52,387 nucleotides of DNA from a virus (Duplodnaviria > Caudoviricetes), in IMG/VR virus record IMGVR_UViG_3300021378_000034, positions 1 to 52,387 of that record; one strand, given 5' to 3'. A model generated the notes under the pieces. That model was not told the DNA's origin. It saw only the letters and a list, made by a program, of their open reading frames with translations, and did not search any database. Both the position numbers and the translations under genes were made by a program. Position 1 is the stretch's first letter. Each line of letters begins with the position of its first letter. Below are positions 28,901-36,746 of this stretch, piece by piece.

Positions 28901-30782
28901 ATTTCCAAATGTTAAAAAAATATTAAATAAAGAAATTGCAGAGACTGGGTTTACAAACGATCAGGCCATAAGGGTTTACTTATATAATAAATCTGGGTTT
29001 GAGGTTCCTGGTATATCTAAAAGAGATTTAAATTCTTTACTTTCAGCTGTAAATAATTCTCCAGATCTTAAAGGATTTGCAGACACATTGCAAACAATAT
29101 CTCAAAAAGATGCTTGGGTTGAGCCATCTGAGTTTTGGGATGTAGGAAGTGTTTTAAAAGATCTTAATGAGCTTTCAGAAAACGTTAGTAGAAAAGACTA
29201 TCTTGAAGAATTTATAACGAATGTGGATCAAATTTTTAGCCCTGATAATTTAAATAAAGTTGAAGCGCTGTATGGCTCAAGACATAGAGAAGCGCTTGAG
29301 GATATTGTAAGAAGAATGAAAAGCGGAAGCAATAGACCTGGCAATCCTGATAGATTAACTGGGGCTTGGCTTGATTGGGTTAATAATTCTGTTGGTACTA
29401 TAATGTTCTTTAACAGAAGATCAGCCTTATTACAGATGTTGTCGTTTACTAACTTTGTAAATTGGTCTGATAATAATCCATTAATGGCTGCAAAAGCATT
29501 TGCAAATCAACCAGCCTACTGGAAAGCATGGGCAAAAATATTTAACTCTGATAAATTAAAGCAAAGAAGAGGAGGTTTAAAATCTGATGTTCAAGAGCAA
29601 GAGATAGCTAACCAAGCTAAGAATGCTAAAGATAAATACAGCGCGGCGGTTTCTTATTTATTAAAAATTGGTTTTACACCAACACAAATAGCGGATAGTA
29701 TGGCTATTGCAACTGGGGGCGCTACATTCTTAATAAATAGAACAAACACTTATATTAAACAGGGTATGTCAAAAGCGGACGCTGAAGCAAAAGCGTTTGA
29801 AGACTTTAGTGCAATATCAGACGAGACACAGCAGTCTGGGGACCCTATGCTAATATCTAAGCAACAATCAAGTCATCTTGGTAGATTAATATTAGCATTC
29901 CAAAACACACCCATGCAGTACACTAGATTAATGAAAAAAGCTGCACAAGATTTAATTAATAGAAGAGGTGATCCTAAAACAAACGTTAGCAAAATAATTT
30001 ACTATGGATTTGTGCAGAATTTAATATTCTCTACATTACAAAATGCATTGTTTGCTTTATTACCTGAGTTTGATCCAGACGATGAAGACGAAGAAAAATT
30101 CCAAAAAGTTATAAATACAAAACAAGAAAGAATTTTGAATAGTATGGTTGACACTATATTGAGGGGTAGTGGATTAGCTGGCGCCGTAGTATCAACATTA
30201 AAAAATACTATTAATGAATATTATAGACAAGAAAAGAAAGGCTCATTTATGGCGGATCATACGTACACCCTTTTACAATTAGCTAATGTGTCCCCTCCAA
30301 TAGGTTCAAAGCTTAGAAAAGTTTATGGAGCAATACAAACTAAGAATTTTGATAAAGATGTTATTAGCGCAAGAGGGGCCGCTCTTGATAGCCCCGCTTA
30401 TGAAATTATTGGTAATTTATTATCAGCTGGCTTAAATATTCCGCTCGATAGAGCTGTTGCAGAAATTAGGGGTATTACAGAAGCATTAGATGATAGGAAT
30501 ACTGCTTACCAAAGATTAGCTTTAGGTTTAGGCTGGAGAACTTGGGATGTAAATGCTAAGAATGAAGAGCACGAATTAATCAAGACTACCGCTAAAAAGA
30601 AAAGAAAAGAAGAGAGTAAAGTTAAAGCAGCTGAAACAAGAAAAGAAAATAAAAGATTAAAAACTGAAATTTTAGTTAAATTAAGCAAAGAAAACCAAAA
30701 AGAATATAAAAAATATTTAGGGCTATCTACTAAAGAAAAGAATGCTTTTATAAGAGAAGAAATAAAAAAACTTAAAAAATAA
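22953..30782 (+). CDS. Giant internal virion / polyvalent protein with zincin metallopeptidase motif
   Basis: 2609 aa with coiled coils, A/G-rich membrane-like segments, HEVGH at 25746-25760, and a helical C-terminal region. Confidence 0.7.
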   Translation: MTDPKLKDQLLELQNQVGALNPIDNSQEAILLRRQLKKVEAQILASETTETQELEEVVVTGEASKQVKKALKGAEDFKAIPENTTAESEKTNIALKEFNLKNIGGSLQPQLSYTDAEGKIKEGREQYFPVKKDAQGNELSWRGKPMRSGKAEFKNDYDTDLKLAFGSEEKANRWKGMVAAAKADGVTLNEDNIDAYFDLTKVSEETKNQVVSEAKRKKSEVFLRDFDPKQRNIIKRETLQGRNLKSEEKDLTNQYNVFKKDYNVFTETKNVLDSDIKNYNKERELLENKIKNFSISDNPTVKEIQTRAALNQEIKDFESKDIYSELNKRWENLNGQRAAINERLQLLNDKSTELGDLNTMSTALSKSYELGDRFGLAMEEAFLGAPAMLGGSILKGVGDIGLFFTMKEGYSKEAFQEHATNTKWYRDLIGAKTAAVDYNQRLGNIRKNTLPERLKTGEGKGSDYWGEMLMDNSPSILTAFGTMGYTGLATAGASGIARATAVKQATNLATGAFFTMEAGGQMSALEIAQRDAPKIIASLENELKTAKGSTQKNEILKQIEDQKNLKNLSQWQKSLNSVAYGGIASLAERFGTLKFVNDFNKYSKAIGRTKFERFVSPSVARVVSKGLGATKGVGIGAGIELIEEGPITQVGHNFSDIVLLNQNKSLIEGIDKEFVKSTLATSLAISGPSFSQNLYSAFANEVKLRSEAKEEGRFRDELLSVEKAMQGLDKRTKPYKDLWNKKQQIIAGAAALNTDIVLKVERMEAKDIETVFNNGARIRELIAEGKELGGDLNIDDYTKSRSEDIQKEAQTLFDANQKILNKEQDAFEKMFKDAPNKVESIINKTRFENAKSLVRNMKGIDLIEINDPQNLEAFIKESNFSPKQEKNVKDAFNNASAININNKVVVFNTNADLVFQAVSGVEAKIASVSVLHEVGHIQTRKAGIIKDNKLAKEGSKLVENIMSDVKNRLAAGKLSKENYKIFEDRMQRYKELNDGEVDADELLQLVGDFQFLNILPRSSFAEIHNAKTFINLLLKKFNGDNASFFGVETASDAYNFVTSWQQKAIAQETTGAEEDEEIKTVKSSISLSEVDRKRNMAALNEIKTTEEFLSRKGQNTVAEGLMGMAAVQANKLTADQDTREELASDIVARTLQDISKNVYKPQNDQSKLSGFLNQRVGFALQKIQVADYKLPPDQRKYFAKTTAAQIEDFKTTLKDEGTPSVQPKVVEFKKIKDSKIFSPSVVTSIENKLIQTVKVLKSKFDSKTTINKSVKPVISEIKKEMGKQADIDIKQASGTMATGLKKNFLKSKKATLENAPTTWLATSMPFAIQKSVGGVFTDQNIKDPTTGKIIGKVFKPNYVSNWQGKKIDRVKTSTDAAGNTSGNQFIRRMPNVNEKVSNEQFMSYLLPDGKKLKAGRKESWSKMMGEEIAFEIFDEKLNDPNSELTKAFEKNQKALSVTLADNYVEVIQKDIERGTVKRSIGPKFIEGTKYLFKQAQKHGVEEIIDSKGNSLIDYPDGRAIDKEAAQYVRQVFDKGLIQDFKILAFLQSIKFSSKIPNNIKNKVTGALTKKSDKNLLDDFAKDMRTVANLLGSDVTDVINFDGLGFFNRLLDSAETKKDEKGNIIPGAKGDYFDFLNKTKKNQPKSLDLPSNLDLSLVSPINSKFGIMAKVARILESNTKAEEKLKKYEKLIGEIDAANLHNKILAKHIISKLVDAVKTKKIKPESLIYMLQAQTNATKGLRSLTGFKYITFKDGPQGNQKGEHLADNAGTMFEIAELAFVESNEAKTSNAIDDILEFHDQWLENRDLLDVIDIFGKNNPFKDLRMMLLTENQLRDVYTHDGKLAIELIAEREEAIKIKVRAQKKLAAKPKKESVVKSSIAPDLSKGLNEMIARQKGVKPEAVYSKVVARKKGVNKGRYKFFLPSTAEDFRGLTQYTFAGKGKQGEADQKFFEDNLVKPYLKGISAMESQRQALKNDYRGLLKSFPNVKKILNKEIAETGFTNDQAIRVYLYNKSGFEVPGISKRDLNSLLSAVNNSPDLKGFADTLQTISQKDAWVEPSEFWDVGSVLKDLNELSENVSRKDYLEEFITNVDQIFSPDNLNKVEALYGSRHREALEDIVRRMKSGSNRPGNPDRLTGAWLDWVNNSVGTIMFFNRRSALLQMLSFTNFVNWSDNNPLMAAKAFANQPAYWKAWAKIFNSDKLKQRRGGLKSDVQEQEIANQAKNAKDKYSAAVSYLLKIGFTPTQIADSMAIATGGATFLINRTNTYIKQGMSKADAEAKAFEDFSAISDETQQSGDPMLISKQQSSHLGRLILAFQNTPMQYTRLMKKAAQDLINRRGDPKTNVSKIIYYGFVQNLIFSTLQNALFALLPEFDPDDEDEEKFQKVINTKQERILNSMVDTILRGSGLAGAVVSTLKNTINEYYRQEKKGSFMADHTYTLLQLANVSPPIGSKLRKVYGAIQTKNFDKDVISARGAALDSPAYEIIGNLLSAGLNIPLDRAVAEIRGITEALDDRNTAYQRLALGLGWRTWDVNAKNEEHELIKTTAKKKRKEESKVKAAETRKENKRLKTEILVKLSKENQKEYKKYLGLSTKEKNAFIREEIKKLKK

Positions 30783-30788
30783 ATAATT

Positions 30789-30920
30789 ATGCCAAAAGAT
30801 GCGTGTTACAAAAAAGTTAAAGCAAGGTACAAAGTATTTCCCTCCGCTTACGCAAGTGGAGCTATAGCAAAGTGTAGAAAAAAAGGCGCTAGCAATTGGG
30901 GAAATAAAAGTAAAAAGTAA
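30789..30920 (+). CDS. Small basic protein (not in ORF track)
   Basis: Translates to MPKDACYKKVKARYKVFPSAYASGAIAKCRKKGASNWGNKSKK; TAATG-coupled to the next gene. Confidence 0.7.
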   Translation: MPKDACYKKVKARYKVFPSAYASGAIAKCRKKGASNWGNKSKK

Positions 30921-31195
30921 TGGCTGTAAGAAAAACAAAGAAGGGTGCTTCGCTAAAGCGCTGGTTTAAAGAAAAGTGGGTTGATGTAAGAACCGGTAAA
31001 GCTTGTGGCCGTAAAAAAGGCGATGGCAGAGGCGTACCTTACTGCAGACCAAGCAAAAGAGTATCAAGCAAAACACCAAAAACATCCAGCGAAATGTCTT
31101 CATCCGAAAAGGCTAAAAAAATCAGAGAAAAGAAAAGCTTAGGACAACCAAAAGGAAAACCAAGAAGGGTCAAATCAGTTAAAAGAAAAAAATAA
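30920..31195 (+). CDS. Small highly basic protein
   Basis: K/R-rich, with LKRWFKEKWVDV...CRPSKRVSSKTPKT; coupled on both sides. Confidence 0.7.
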   Translation: MAVRKTKKGASLKRWFKEKWVDVRTGKACGRKKGDGRGVPYCRPSKRVSSKTPKTSSEMSSSEKAKKIREKKSLGQPKGKPRRVKSVKRKK

Positions 31196-31359
31196 TGAAT
31201 ACTCAAGATTTAAAAGTATTGATGTTAAATACATCGGCATTTACACTATCAATGACTTCAGTTGAAGATATACTTAAGATAGTTTTACTATTGGTTTCAA
31301 TAGGATTCACAGTTCAAAGATGGTATGAAGTACGTAAAAGGAATAAAGACAATAAGTAG
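31195..31359 (+). CDS. Putative holin-like small membrane protein (not in ORF track)
   Basis: 54 aa with one to two hydrophobic segments (ILKIVLLLVSIGFTV) and a basic tail RKRNKDNK; TAATG-coupled. Confidence 0.55.
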   Translation: MNTQDLKVLMLNTSAFTLSMTSVEDILKIVLLLVSIGFTVQRWYEVRKRNKDNK

Positions 31360-31789
31360 TTTGCTATTTTGCATTGTGATATCTGCACAAGATATTAAAA
31401 TAGACAATATAAAAAACTCAATTCAAACAGGTCCGTTGGTTAACAACAGGGATGTTGGTTTTGGGTTAAAAAACATTTTAGAAGAATTAGTTCAAGACTT
31501 GGATTATAATTTAAATGACAAGGCTGTTGATGCTTTGACTGTTGAATTACTTTATTTTGACGTAAAAAGAACACAATCAAATATTGCGTTGTATAGCAAA
31601 TCGTCAAGTCAAACAGAAATTATTGCATTAGCAAAATACAAAAAGAAAAAAGTAAAAGTAAAAGGCACAGCAAAAGACATTACAACTTCTTTAATTCTAT
31701 TAAATGAGCAAGGACAGTTCACACAAAACAGTGTGAGCGTTGCATTAAAAAAACTTTCAGAAAACATTATTAAGAAATTAAAACTATGA
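31325..31789 (+). CDS. Secreted protein, short CsgG/TolB-N-like fold
   Basis: Signal peptide (...LLFCIVISA/Q); C-half resembles 34001-34720. Confidence 0.5.
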   Translation: MKYVKGIKTISSLLFCIVISAQDIKIDNIKNSIQTGPLVNNRDVGFGLKNILEELVQDLDYNLNDKAVDALTVELLYFDVKRTQSNIALYSKSSSQTEIIALAKYKKKKVKVKGTAKDITTSLILLNEQGQFTQNSVSVALKKLSENIIKKLKL

Positions 31790-33408
31790 AAAAACTATTG
31801 TTTTTATTATTACCATTATTCTGTTTAGCGCAAGATTTAAAACTTGATCACAGTTATACTAACGCTGAGGATTTTAAAGTAGGGGATACTATAACAATAA
31901 AGTTCAATACAATACAGGTAACGAATAATGCTGATCCTAACTTGTATATGTTTGATTACGAGTACAATAATAAATTGTTACAAAAAATTACACATCGGTT
32001 TAAAGTTGCGGATAACGAAGCTAACACGAACGCACAAACCTCATTAACGCATTGGGATGGTTTTAAGTTTAAAATTTTAAGTACTTACGATGAAGATAAT
32101 CTTTCTGCGCAATATTTACATGGTTGGCAAAACCGAACACAAGTACAAGGAGACACCAATTCTTATCCTACGGATAATGACTGGTCTGTTGAAAGAATAA
32201 CCATCCAAGACGGTGTTGGAATTACATATAACAATACATTAGTTGAAGTTGATTTTAAAATTAAAGATAAAATAAATACAAATTACAGTAATTATAATAA
32301 TGTAACGCATCTTAACTGGATGAAGGCACATGACAATTCTAATAACACAGCCTATGATGTTGATGCAATGCAACAAAAAATTACTTTAGCTGGTGTTGAA
32401 GGTGGTGACGCCGGGAGTGTCACTATAAATTTAAAAACAGAAAACGATAAACCAACGCATTATAAATATAACATATTAAGTAATAATAGTAGTGTAGCGA
32501 GTGGTAATTTTGACGCTAATTCACAGGCTATAGTTACAGGTTTAGAAAACGACGTTAAATATACTATTGATATAACAGTCGATAATGATGCTGCTAGCGA
32601 TTGGTTAGATGATGTTGTAACTGTTACGGATGTTTTTTTAGTATTTAAAGAAGCTATTAAAGCTGGCAGTAGTCCAGGTGGGCAAGCTAATACTTTTACA
32701 CATAGTATACAATTTTTATTAGGCGAAGTTAATAACAGCGGAAATGTAGATTTTGATGACTCTTACATCTTGCTGAGTCATATAATGAATGAAAACGTTA
32801 GTGAATGGTTTACAAGCTCTACAAACGGAGCTAAAAATGTTTGGGGCGAAAAAAATCAATATGGGTATTCCACAAATGATTATTACTTTGGACAAAGAAA
32901 AGATTTTACTCCTACTGATTCTAATAAGGTTTTTGATTTTGGTCATGGACTTATTGGAGATGTAGATTTTTCACATTCATTTGAACCAATAGTACAAAGC
33001 GAGAACAGTGGTGTCGCAAGAGGTGTTGTTCAGAATTCATCTGAAAATTTAAATTTAGATATTTCCACAAGTTTAGTTAACGATAAAGTTGAATTAGTAG
33101 TTGAGCTCGAAAAAGAAGATTTAGCGGGCATGCAATTTGTAATTCAATTTGACGATGCTTTATTAGAATTTGAAGAAGTTCAATTTGATACCGGCAACTT
33201 ATTAACTAATTTTGCAACAGAGCGAAACAATAAATTATATTTTGGTAGTCTAAGTGTTGAGAACCAAGAAAATATAAAACCTGGTAAACCGTATAAGATT
33301 ATATTTAATCCTAAACAAACAATAACTAATACATCCGGTTTAATTTATTTTCAAACCACAGACGCTGTAACAGAAGAAGGAACTAAAGTAATTTTAAAAA
33401 TACAATAA
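31786..33408 (+). CDS. Secreted cohesin/dockerin-like beta-sandwich protein
   Basis: Signal peptide MKKLLFLLLPLFCLA/Q. Cohesin-like N- and C-terminal domains (VGDTITIKF...YEYNNKLL; LAGMQFVIQFDDALLEF) and dockerin-like loops (VTVTD; GEVNNSGNVDFDD). Confidence 0.55.
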   Translation: MKKLLFLLLPLFCLAQDLKLDHSYTNAEDFKVGDTITIKFNTIQVTNNADPNLYMFDYEYNNKLLQKITHRFKVADNEANTNAQTSLTHWDGFKFKILSTYDEDNLSAQYLHGWQNRTQVQGDTNSYPTDNDWSVERITIQDGVGITYNNTLVEVDFKIKDKINTNYSNYNNVTHLNWMKAHDNSNNTAYDVDAMQQKITLAGVEGGDAGSVTINLKTENDKPTHYKYNILSNNSSVASGNFDANSQAIVTGLENDVKYTIDITVDNDAASDWLDDVVTVTDVFLVFKEAIKAGSSPGGQANTFTHSIQFLLGEVNNSGNVDFDDSYILLSHIMNENVSEWFTSSTNGAKNVWGEKNQYGYSTNDYYFGQRKDFTPTDSNKVFDFGHGLIGDVDFSHSFEPIVQSENSGVARGVVQNSSENLNLDISTSLVNDKVELVVELEKEDLAGMQFVIQFDDALLEFEEVQFDTGNLLTNFATERNNKLYFGSLSVENQENIKPGKPYKIIFNPKQTITNTSGLIYFQTTDAVTEEGTKVILKIQ

Positions 33409-33767
33409 TGAAAAAACTATTTATACTATTATTATTTATAAGCTGTTCAGAAACTGTATATATTGAAAGACCTGTACAAGAAGTACCAGAATCTTTATTT
33501 ATGCAAGAGACTATAGGGCTTAAATTAGAAAGTTATATAGTGCAAGACAAGGTCAGAATAAACACAAAGTTACCATCAGATGGTAAATACAGAATTAAGA
33601 TATTAGATTTTTCAAATAAAATAATAAACCAAGAAATAATAACCGGAAGAGAGGGTGATAATATATTAAACATATACGTTAACTCACTGCCCGTAAGTTC
33701 TTATACAGTTGAATTGTATACTAATACAAATAGCTTTATAGGTAGACAAACATTTTCAATGAAATAA
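33408..33767 (+). CDS. Lipoprotein with Ig-like domain resembling a T9SS C-terminal domain
   Basis: MKKLFILLLFIS/C lipobox; IKILDFSNKII...GDNILNIYVNSLPVSSYTVEL pattern. Confidence 0.55.
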   Translation: MKKLFILLLFISCSETVYIERPVQEVPESLFMQETIGLKLESYIVQDKVRINTKLPSDGKYRIKILDFSNKIINQEIITGREGDNILNIYVNSLPVSSYTVELYTNTNSFIGRQTFSMK

Positions 33768-33768
33768 T

Positions 33769-33999
33769 ATGAAAGAATTAAAGAACCAAATAATAACAGC
33801 AATAGGATTAATTATAACTGCTGGGGCGGCTTTAATCATAGCTAATATGGAGGCTATATTTAGTCCTGAAGATGATTCACCACCGCCAATAATGGAGCAA
33901 ACAATAACAATACCACCAAGTATTGTAAAGGATACTTTGGTTATAACTAAAACAGTTGTACAAAAACCAAAGAAAGAAGAAAGAGAAATAGATTGGTAA
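33769..33999 (+). CDS. Small single-pass membrane protein
   Basis: N-terminal TM segment IITAIGLIITAGAALIIA and a Pro-rich linker. Confidence 0.6.
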   Translation: MKELKNQIITAIGLIITAGAALIIANMEAIFSPEDDSPPPIMEQTITIPPSIVKDTLVITKTVVQKPKKEEREIDW

Positions 34000-34000
34000 C

Positions 34001-34720
34001 ATGAAAAAATTTATACTATGTGCGATATTTGTATCGGCTGTGGCTTCTGCTCATAGCCAAGTAATTGGAAAAACAACCACCGAAGATTATGTCGGCAGCT
34101 TTGAATCAAGAGAATCTATATGGAGTGTACCAGAATATAATGGCGACCCTGTATCTGTAGCCTTGCTTAACATTGGTGTTACTGAGGAAATATTAAATCA
34201 GTATCCTGAATTAGGTGATTATAGAGTTGGATTAGGTTTAACTAATATAACTGTAGCGTTCTTAGATGAAACGTTTCGTTTTGAATTTGTAGAAACAAGA
34301 GACGAAATAAAAGATAGAATGATTAAGCAATTTAAAGCAAGCGAAAAAGGTTTCACTGCTAATGTTATTAACCCTATAGGTAAAATAGTATTGGCTAAAT
34401 ACTTTTGTTATATTGAGGTATACGATTTTAGTATATCGGAAGATGAAACTATTAATTTAAAAGATGGTATTAAAAATAAACTTGTAACACGATTAGGTTT
34501 GCAAGTTAAGCTTGTTGATTCAGAGTCTGGATTATATATGACGGGATCTGGTTTAGGTAAAGCTACAACGACAAGAGAATTAACTTTACTCAACAATGAA
34601 AATTTGGAAGATGTAAAATTTAACCAATCATCAATTGGAACATCGACTAAAAAAGCTTTAGAAACTGCGGTTGCTAAAGTGGTTAAACGAATGATAAGAA
34701 AAAAGATATTTGATCATTAA
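34001..34720 (+). CDS. CsgG-like secreted protein
   Basis: Signal peptide. The pattern L..T.RFEFVE...IEVYDF...RLGLQVKLVDSESG...GSG.G.A...KKALETAV resembles the CsgG/TolB-N family. Confidence 0.65.
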   Translation: MKKFILCAIFVSAVASAHSQVIGKTTTEDYVGSFESRESIWSVPEYNGDPVSVALLNIGVTEEILNQYPELGDYRVGLGLTNITVAFLDETFRFEFVETRDEIKDRMIKQFKASEKGFTANVINPIGKIVLAKYFCYIEVYDFSISEDETINLKDGIKNKLVTRLGLQVKLVDSESGLYMTGSGLGKATTTRELTLLNNENLEDVKFNQSSIGTSTKKALETAVAKVVKRMIRKKIFDH

Positions 34721-36204
34721 TGAAAAAAATAATAATATTATTATTATTTTCCTCAAGTATATATTCTCAAACATTAGTACAAGCATTTGCAGATCGATGC
34801 ACTGGAGAGATTAAAACAGTTTCTATAAAGATGGAAGGATACACTACGGTATCTTTTTATAATAGAACAAAAACTTTTACTGCTAATGATTTTTACAGCG
34901 GTACATTAAGAACTTGGATGGAGCAAACGTATGCTTGGTGGTACGCGCTCTCAGCTTGCTCAACAGCACAAACTACACAAACTACAACACAAACATCCAC
35001 TTCAAATAGCAATAGTGGATCTGATTCTGGTGGTGGAGATTCCGGTGGAGATTCCGGTGGTGATACCGGTGGTGATACCGGTGGTGATACTGGTGGAGAC
35101 TCTGGTGGAGACTCTGGTGGAGATTCAGATGGTGGTGGTGGTGACGACGGAGGAGGTGATTCAGATGACGGCGGAGGTGATAGCGATGATGGAGGCGGTG
35201 ATAGTGATGATGATGGTGGAGGTGATAGTGATGACGATGGTGGAGGTGATAGTGATGACGATGGTGGTGGAGATGATGATGACGGTGGTGATGATTCTGA
35301 TGATTCTGATGATTCTGATGATTCTGATGATTCAGAAGAGGAAAAAGAAGAAGAGCAAGAGGAAGAAGAAAAAGAAGAGGAGAAAGAAGAGGAGAAAGAA
35401 GAGGAAGAGGAAGAAGAGGAGGAGTCTGAAGAAGAGTCTGAGGAGGAAGAGGAGGAAGAAGAAGAGAAAGAAAAGAAAAAGAAAAACACAAACCCAATAA
35501 TAATATCAGCCAACGTCATGCGTATGTCTGGATTAGACGGTGCTGCAAATCAAGTAATTGGCTTAGGCTTTGCACAATCATCTATGAACGGGGAATTTAA
35601 TTATTCCGCTAATATGATGATATGGGACAACTTAAAACAGTTTAGTTTAAGTGGATCTAGAGGTCATACATTTCATAGATACGATAAAAAAGTACCTGTA
35701 ATAATTAGAGAAGATGGTAAAGATTATGTGTTTGGTCATTATTATGATAAAGGTAGTATTGCCAACGTACAAACATTATCCGCTGGATTAATGTATATGT
35801 ATGGTGTTTATAATGCTTCTTTTGGTATTAGTAATGTATATATTGGACAAAAAGAAAATAAATGGAAAGGATTTGTAGGAGGTGTATCTGCTTCAGCAAA
35901 TGTATTATATAGCCAAGGCGATTGGAATGTAATGCCTGCATTTGTATTTTTTGGTACTAAGCCATTCCCTTTTAAACGTTTTACTGTATCACCTATGTTA
36001 GCTACCGCTTTAACACCAGTGAGTTACAGTACATTGGATAATGGTTTTGTTTTTAATGAGCATGCATTATTTGTAGGAGGTGCAAACTTTGATTTCGCTA
36101 TAACTAAAACATTTAGAATGAATTTAGGTTTTAATGTAGCTAAAAGCACAGATGCATTTCCATTAACATATTCAATAACAATTGGCGGTAAATTTAAATT
36201 ATAA
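34720..36204 (+). CDS. Outer-membrane beta-barrel protein with long G/D/S- and E-rich linker
   Basis: Signal peptide, small Cys-pair N-domain, about 150-aa acidic low-complexity linker, then amphipathic strands ending YSITIGGKFKL. Confidence 0.6.
   Translation: MKKIIILLLFSSSIYSQTLVQAFADRCTGEIKTVSIKMEGYTTVSFYNRTKTFTANDFYSGTLRTWMEQTYAWWYALSACSTAQTTQTTTQTSTSNSNSGSDSGGGDSGGDSGGDTGGDTGGDTGGDSGGDSGGDSDGGGGDDGGGDSDDGGGDSDDGGGDSDDDGGGDSDDDGGGDSDDDGGGDDDDGGDDSDDSDDSDDSDDSEEEKEEEQEEEEKEEEKEEEKEEEEEEEEESEEESEEEEEEEEEKEKKKKNTNPIIISANVMRMSGLDGAANQVIGLGFAQSSMNGEFNYSANMMIWDNLKQFSLSGSRGHTFHRYDKKVPVIIREDGKDYVFGHYYDKGSIANVQTLSAGLMYMYGVYNASFGISNVYIGQKENKWKGFVGGVSASANVLYSQGDWNVMPAFVFFGTKPFPFKRFTVSPMLATALTPVSYSTLDNGFVFNEHALFVGGANFDFAITKTFRMNLGFNVAKSTDAFPLTYSITIGGKFKL
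35032..35472 (+). repeat. Coding tandem repeats
   Basis: 8 x 12-nt ggtgg(a/t)ga(t/c)(t/a)cn (35032-35127), GGGDSDD(D) units, 5 x gatgattc(t/a) (35290-35334), then a GAA/GAG-rich tract. Confidence 0.95.
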
Positions 36205-36206
36205 AA

Positions 36207-36665
36207 ATGATTAGTGAACACATTAGTAAAAAAGAAGCAACATTCAGCGCGACAGCAACAAGAAAAGGAATAGATAATATACCAGGCGAATACGAGCTAC
36301 AAAATATGGAACTCATTGCTGAAAAAGTATTTGAACCATTAAGAAAAGCTGTAAATGGCCCAATAAAAATTAATTCATTTTTTCGCTCAGAAGAATTGAA
36401 TAAAGCAATTGGAGGAAGCAGTCGATCGCAACATTGCCAAGGGCGCGCAATGGATTTAGATGACGTGTATGGGTATATGTCTAATAAAGATATGTACAAT
36501 TATATAAAAAATAATTTAGATTTTGATCAAATGATTTGGGAATTTGGCACAGAAGATAACCCTGATTGGGTTCACGTTAGTTATGTAGATGTTGATTCAA
36601 ATAGGCGGCGTTGTTTGCAAGCTTATAAAGATGAAAACAATAAAACTTGTTATAAAGAAATATAA
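36207..36665 (+). CDS. Endolysin, peptidase M15 family
   Basis: Zn-peptidase motifs INSFFRS...SQHCQGRAMD...WVHVSY. Confidence 0.88.
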   Translation: MISEHISKKEATFSATATRKGIDNIPGEYELQNMELIAEKVFEPLRKAVNGPIKINSFFRSEELNKAIGGSSRSQHCQGRAMDLDDVYGYMSNKDMYNYIKNNLDFDQMIWEFGTEDNPDWVHVSYVDVDSNRRRCLQAYKDENNKTCYKEI

Positions 36666-36691
36666 AAAAAGGGGCCTTAAAAAAGCCCCTT
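36664..36691 (-). terminator. Rho-independent terminator at the convergence of the two arms
   Basis: Minus strand reads GGGGC-loop-GCCCC followed by T7; may be bidirectional. Confidence 0.7.
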
Positions 36692-36746
36692 AATTATTTG
36701 GATCCCACCAACCACTCATTTCCTCACGCGCGCTTCTTCCAAATTT

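Noticed and set aside
22953-30782. Virion RNA polymerase as in crAss-like phages
   Set aside because: No DxDGD/DFDID-type catalytic motif was found by eye.
35032-35334. CRISPR-like array
   Set aside because: The units are contiguous in-frame coding repeats without unique spacers.
34893-35519. Three long alternative-frame ORFs (poly-S/P, poly-H/L, V/M/K-rich)
   Set aside because: They are shadows of the low-complexity repeat in 34720-36204, which lacks stops in several frames.
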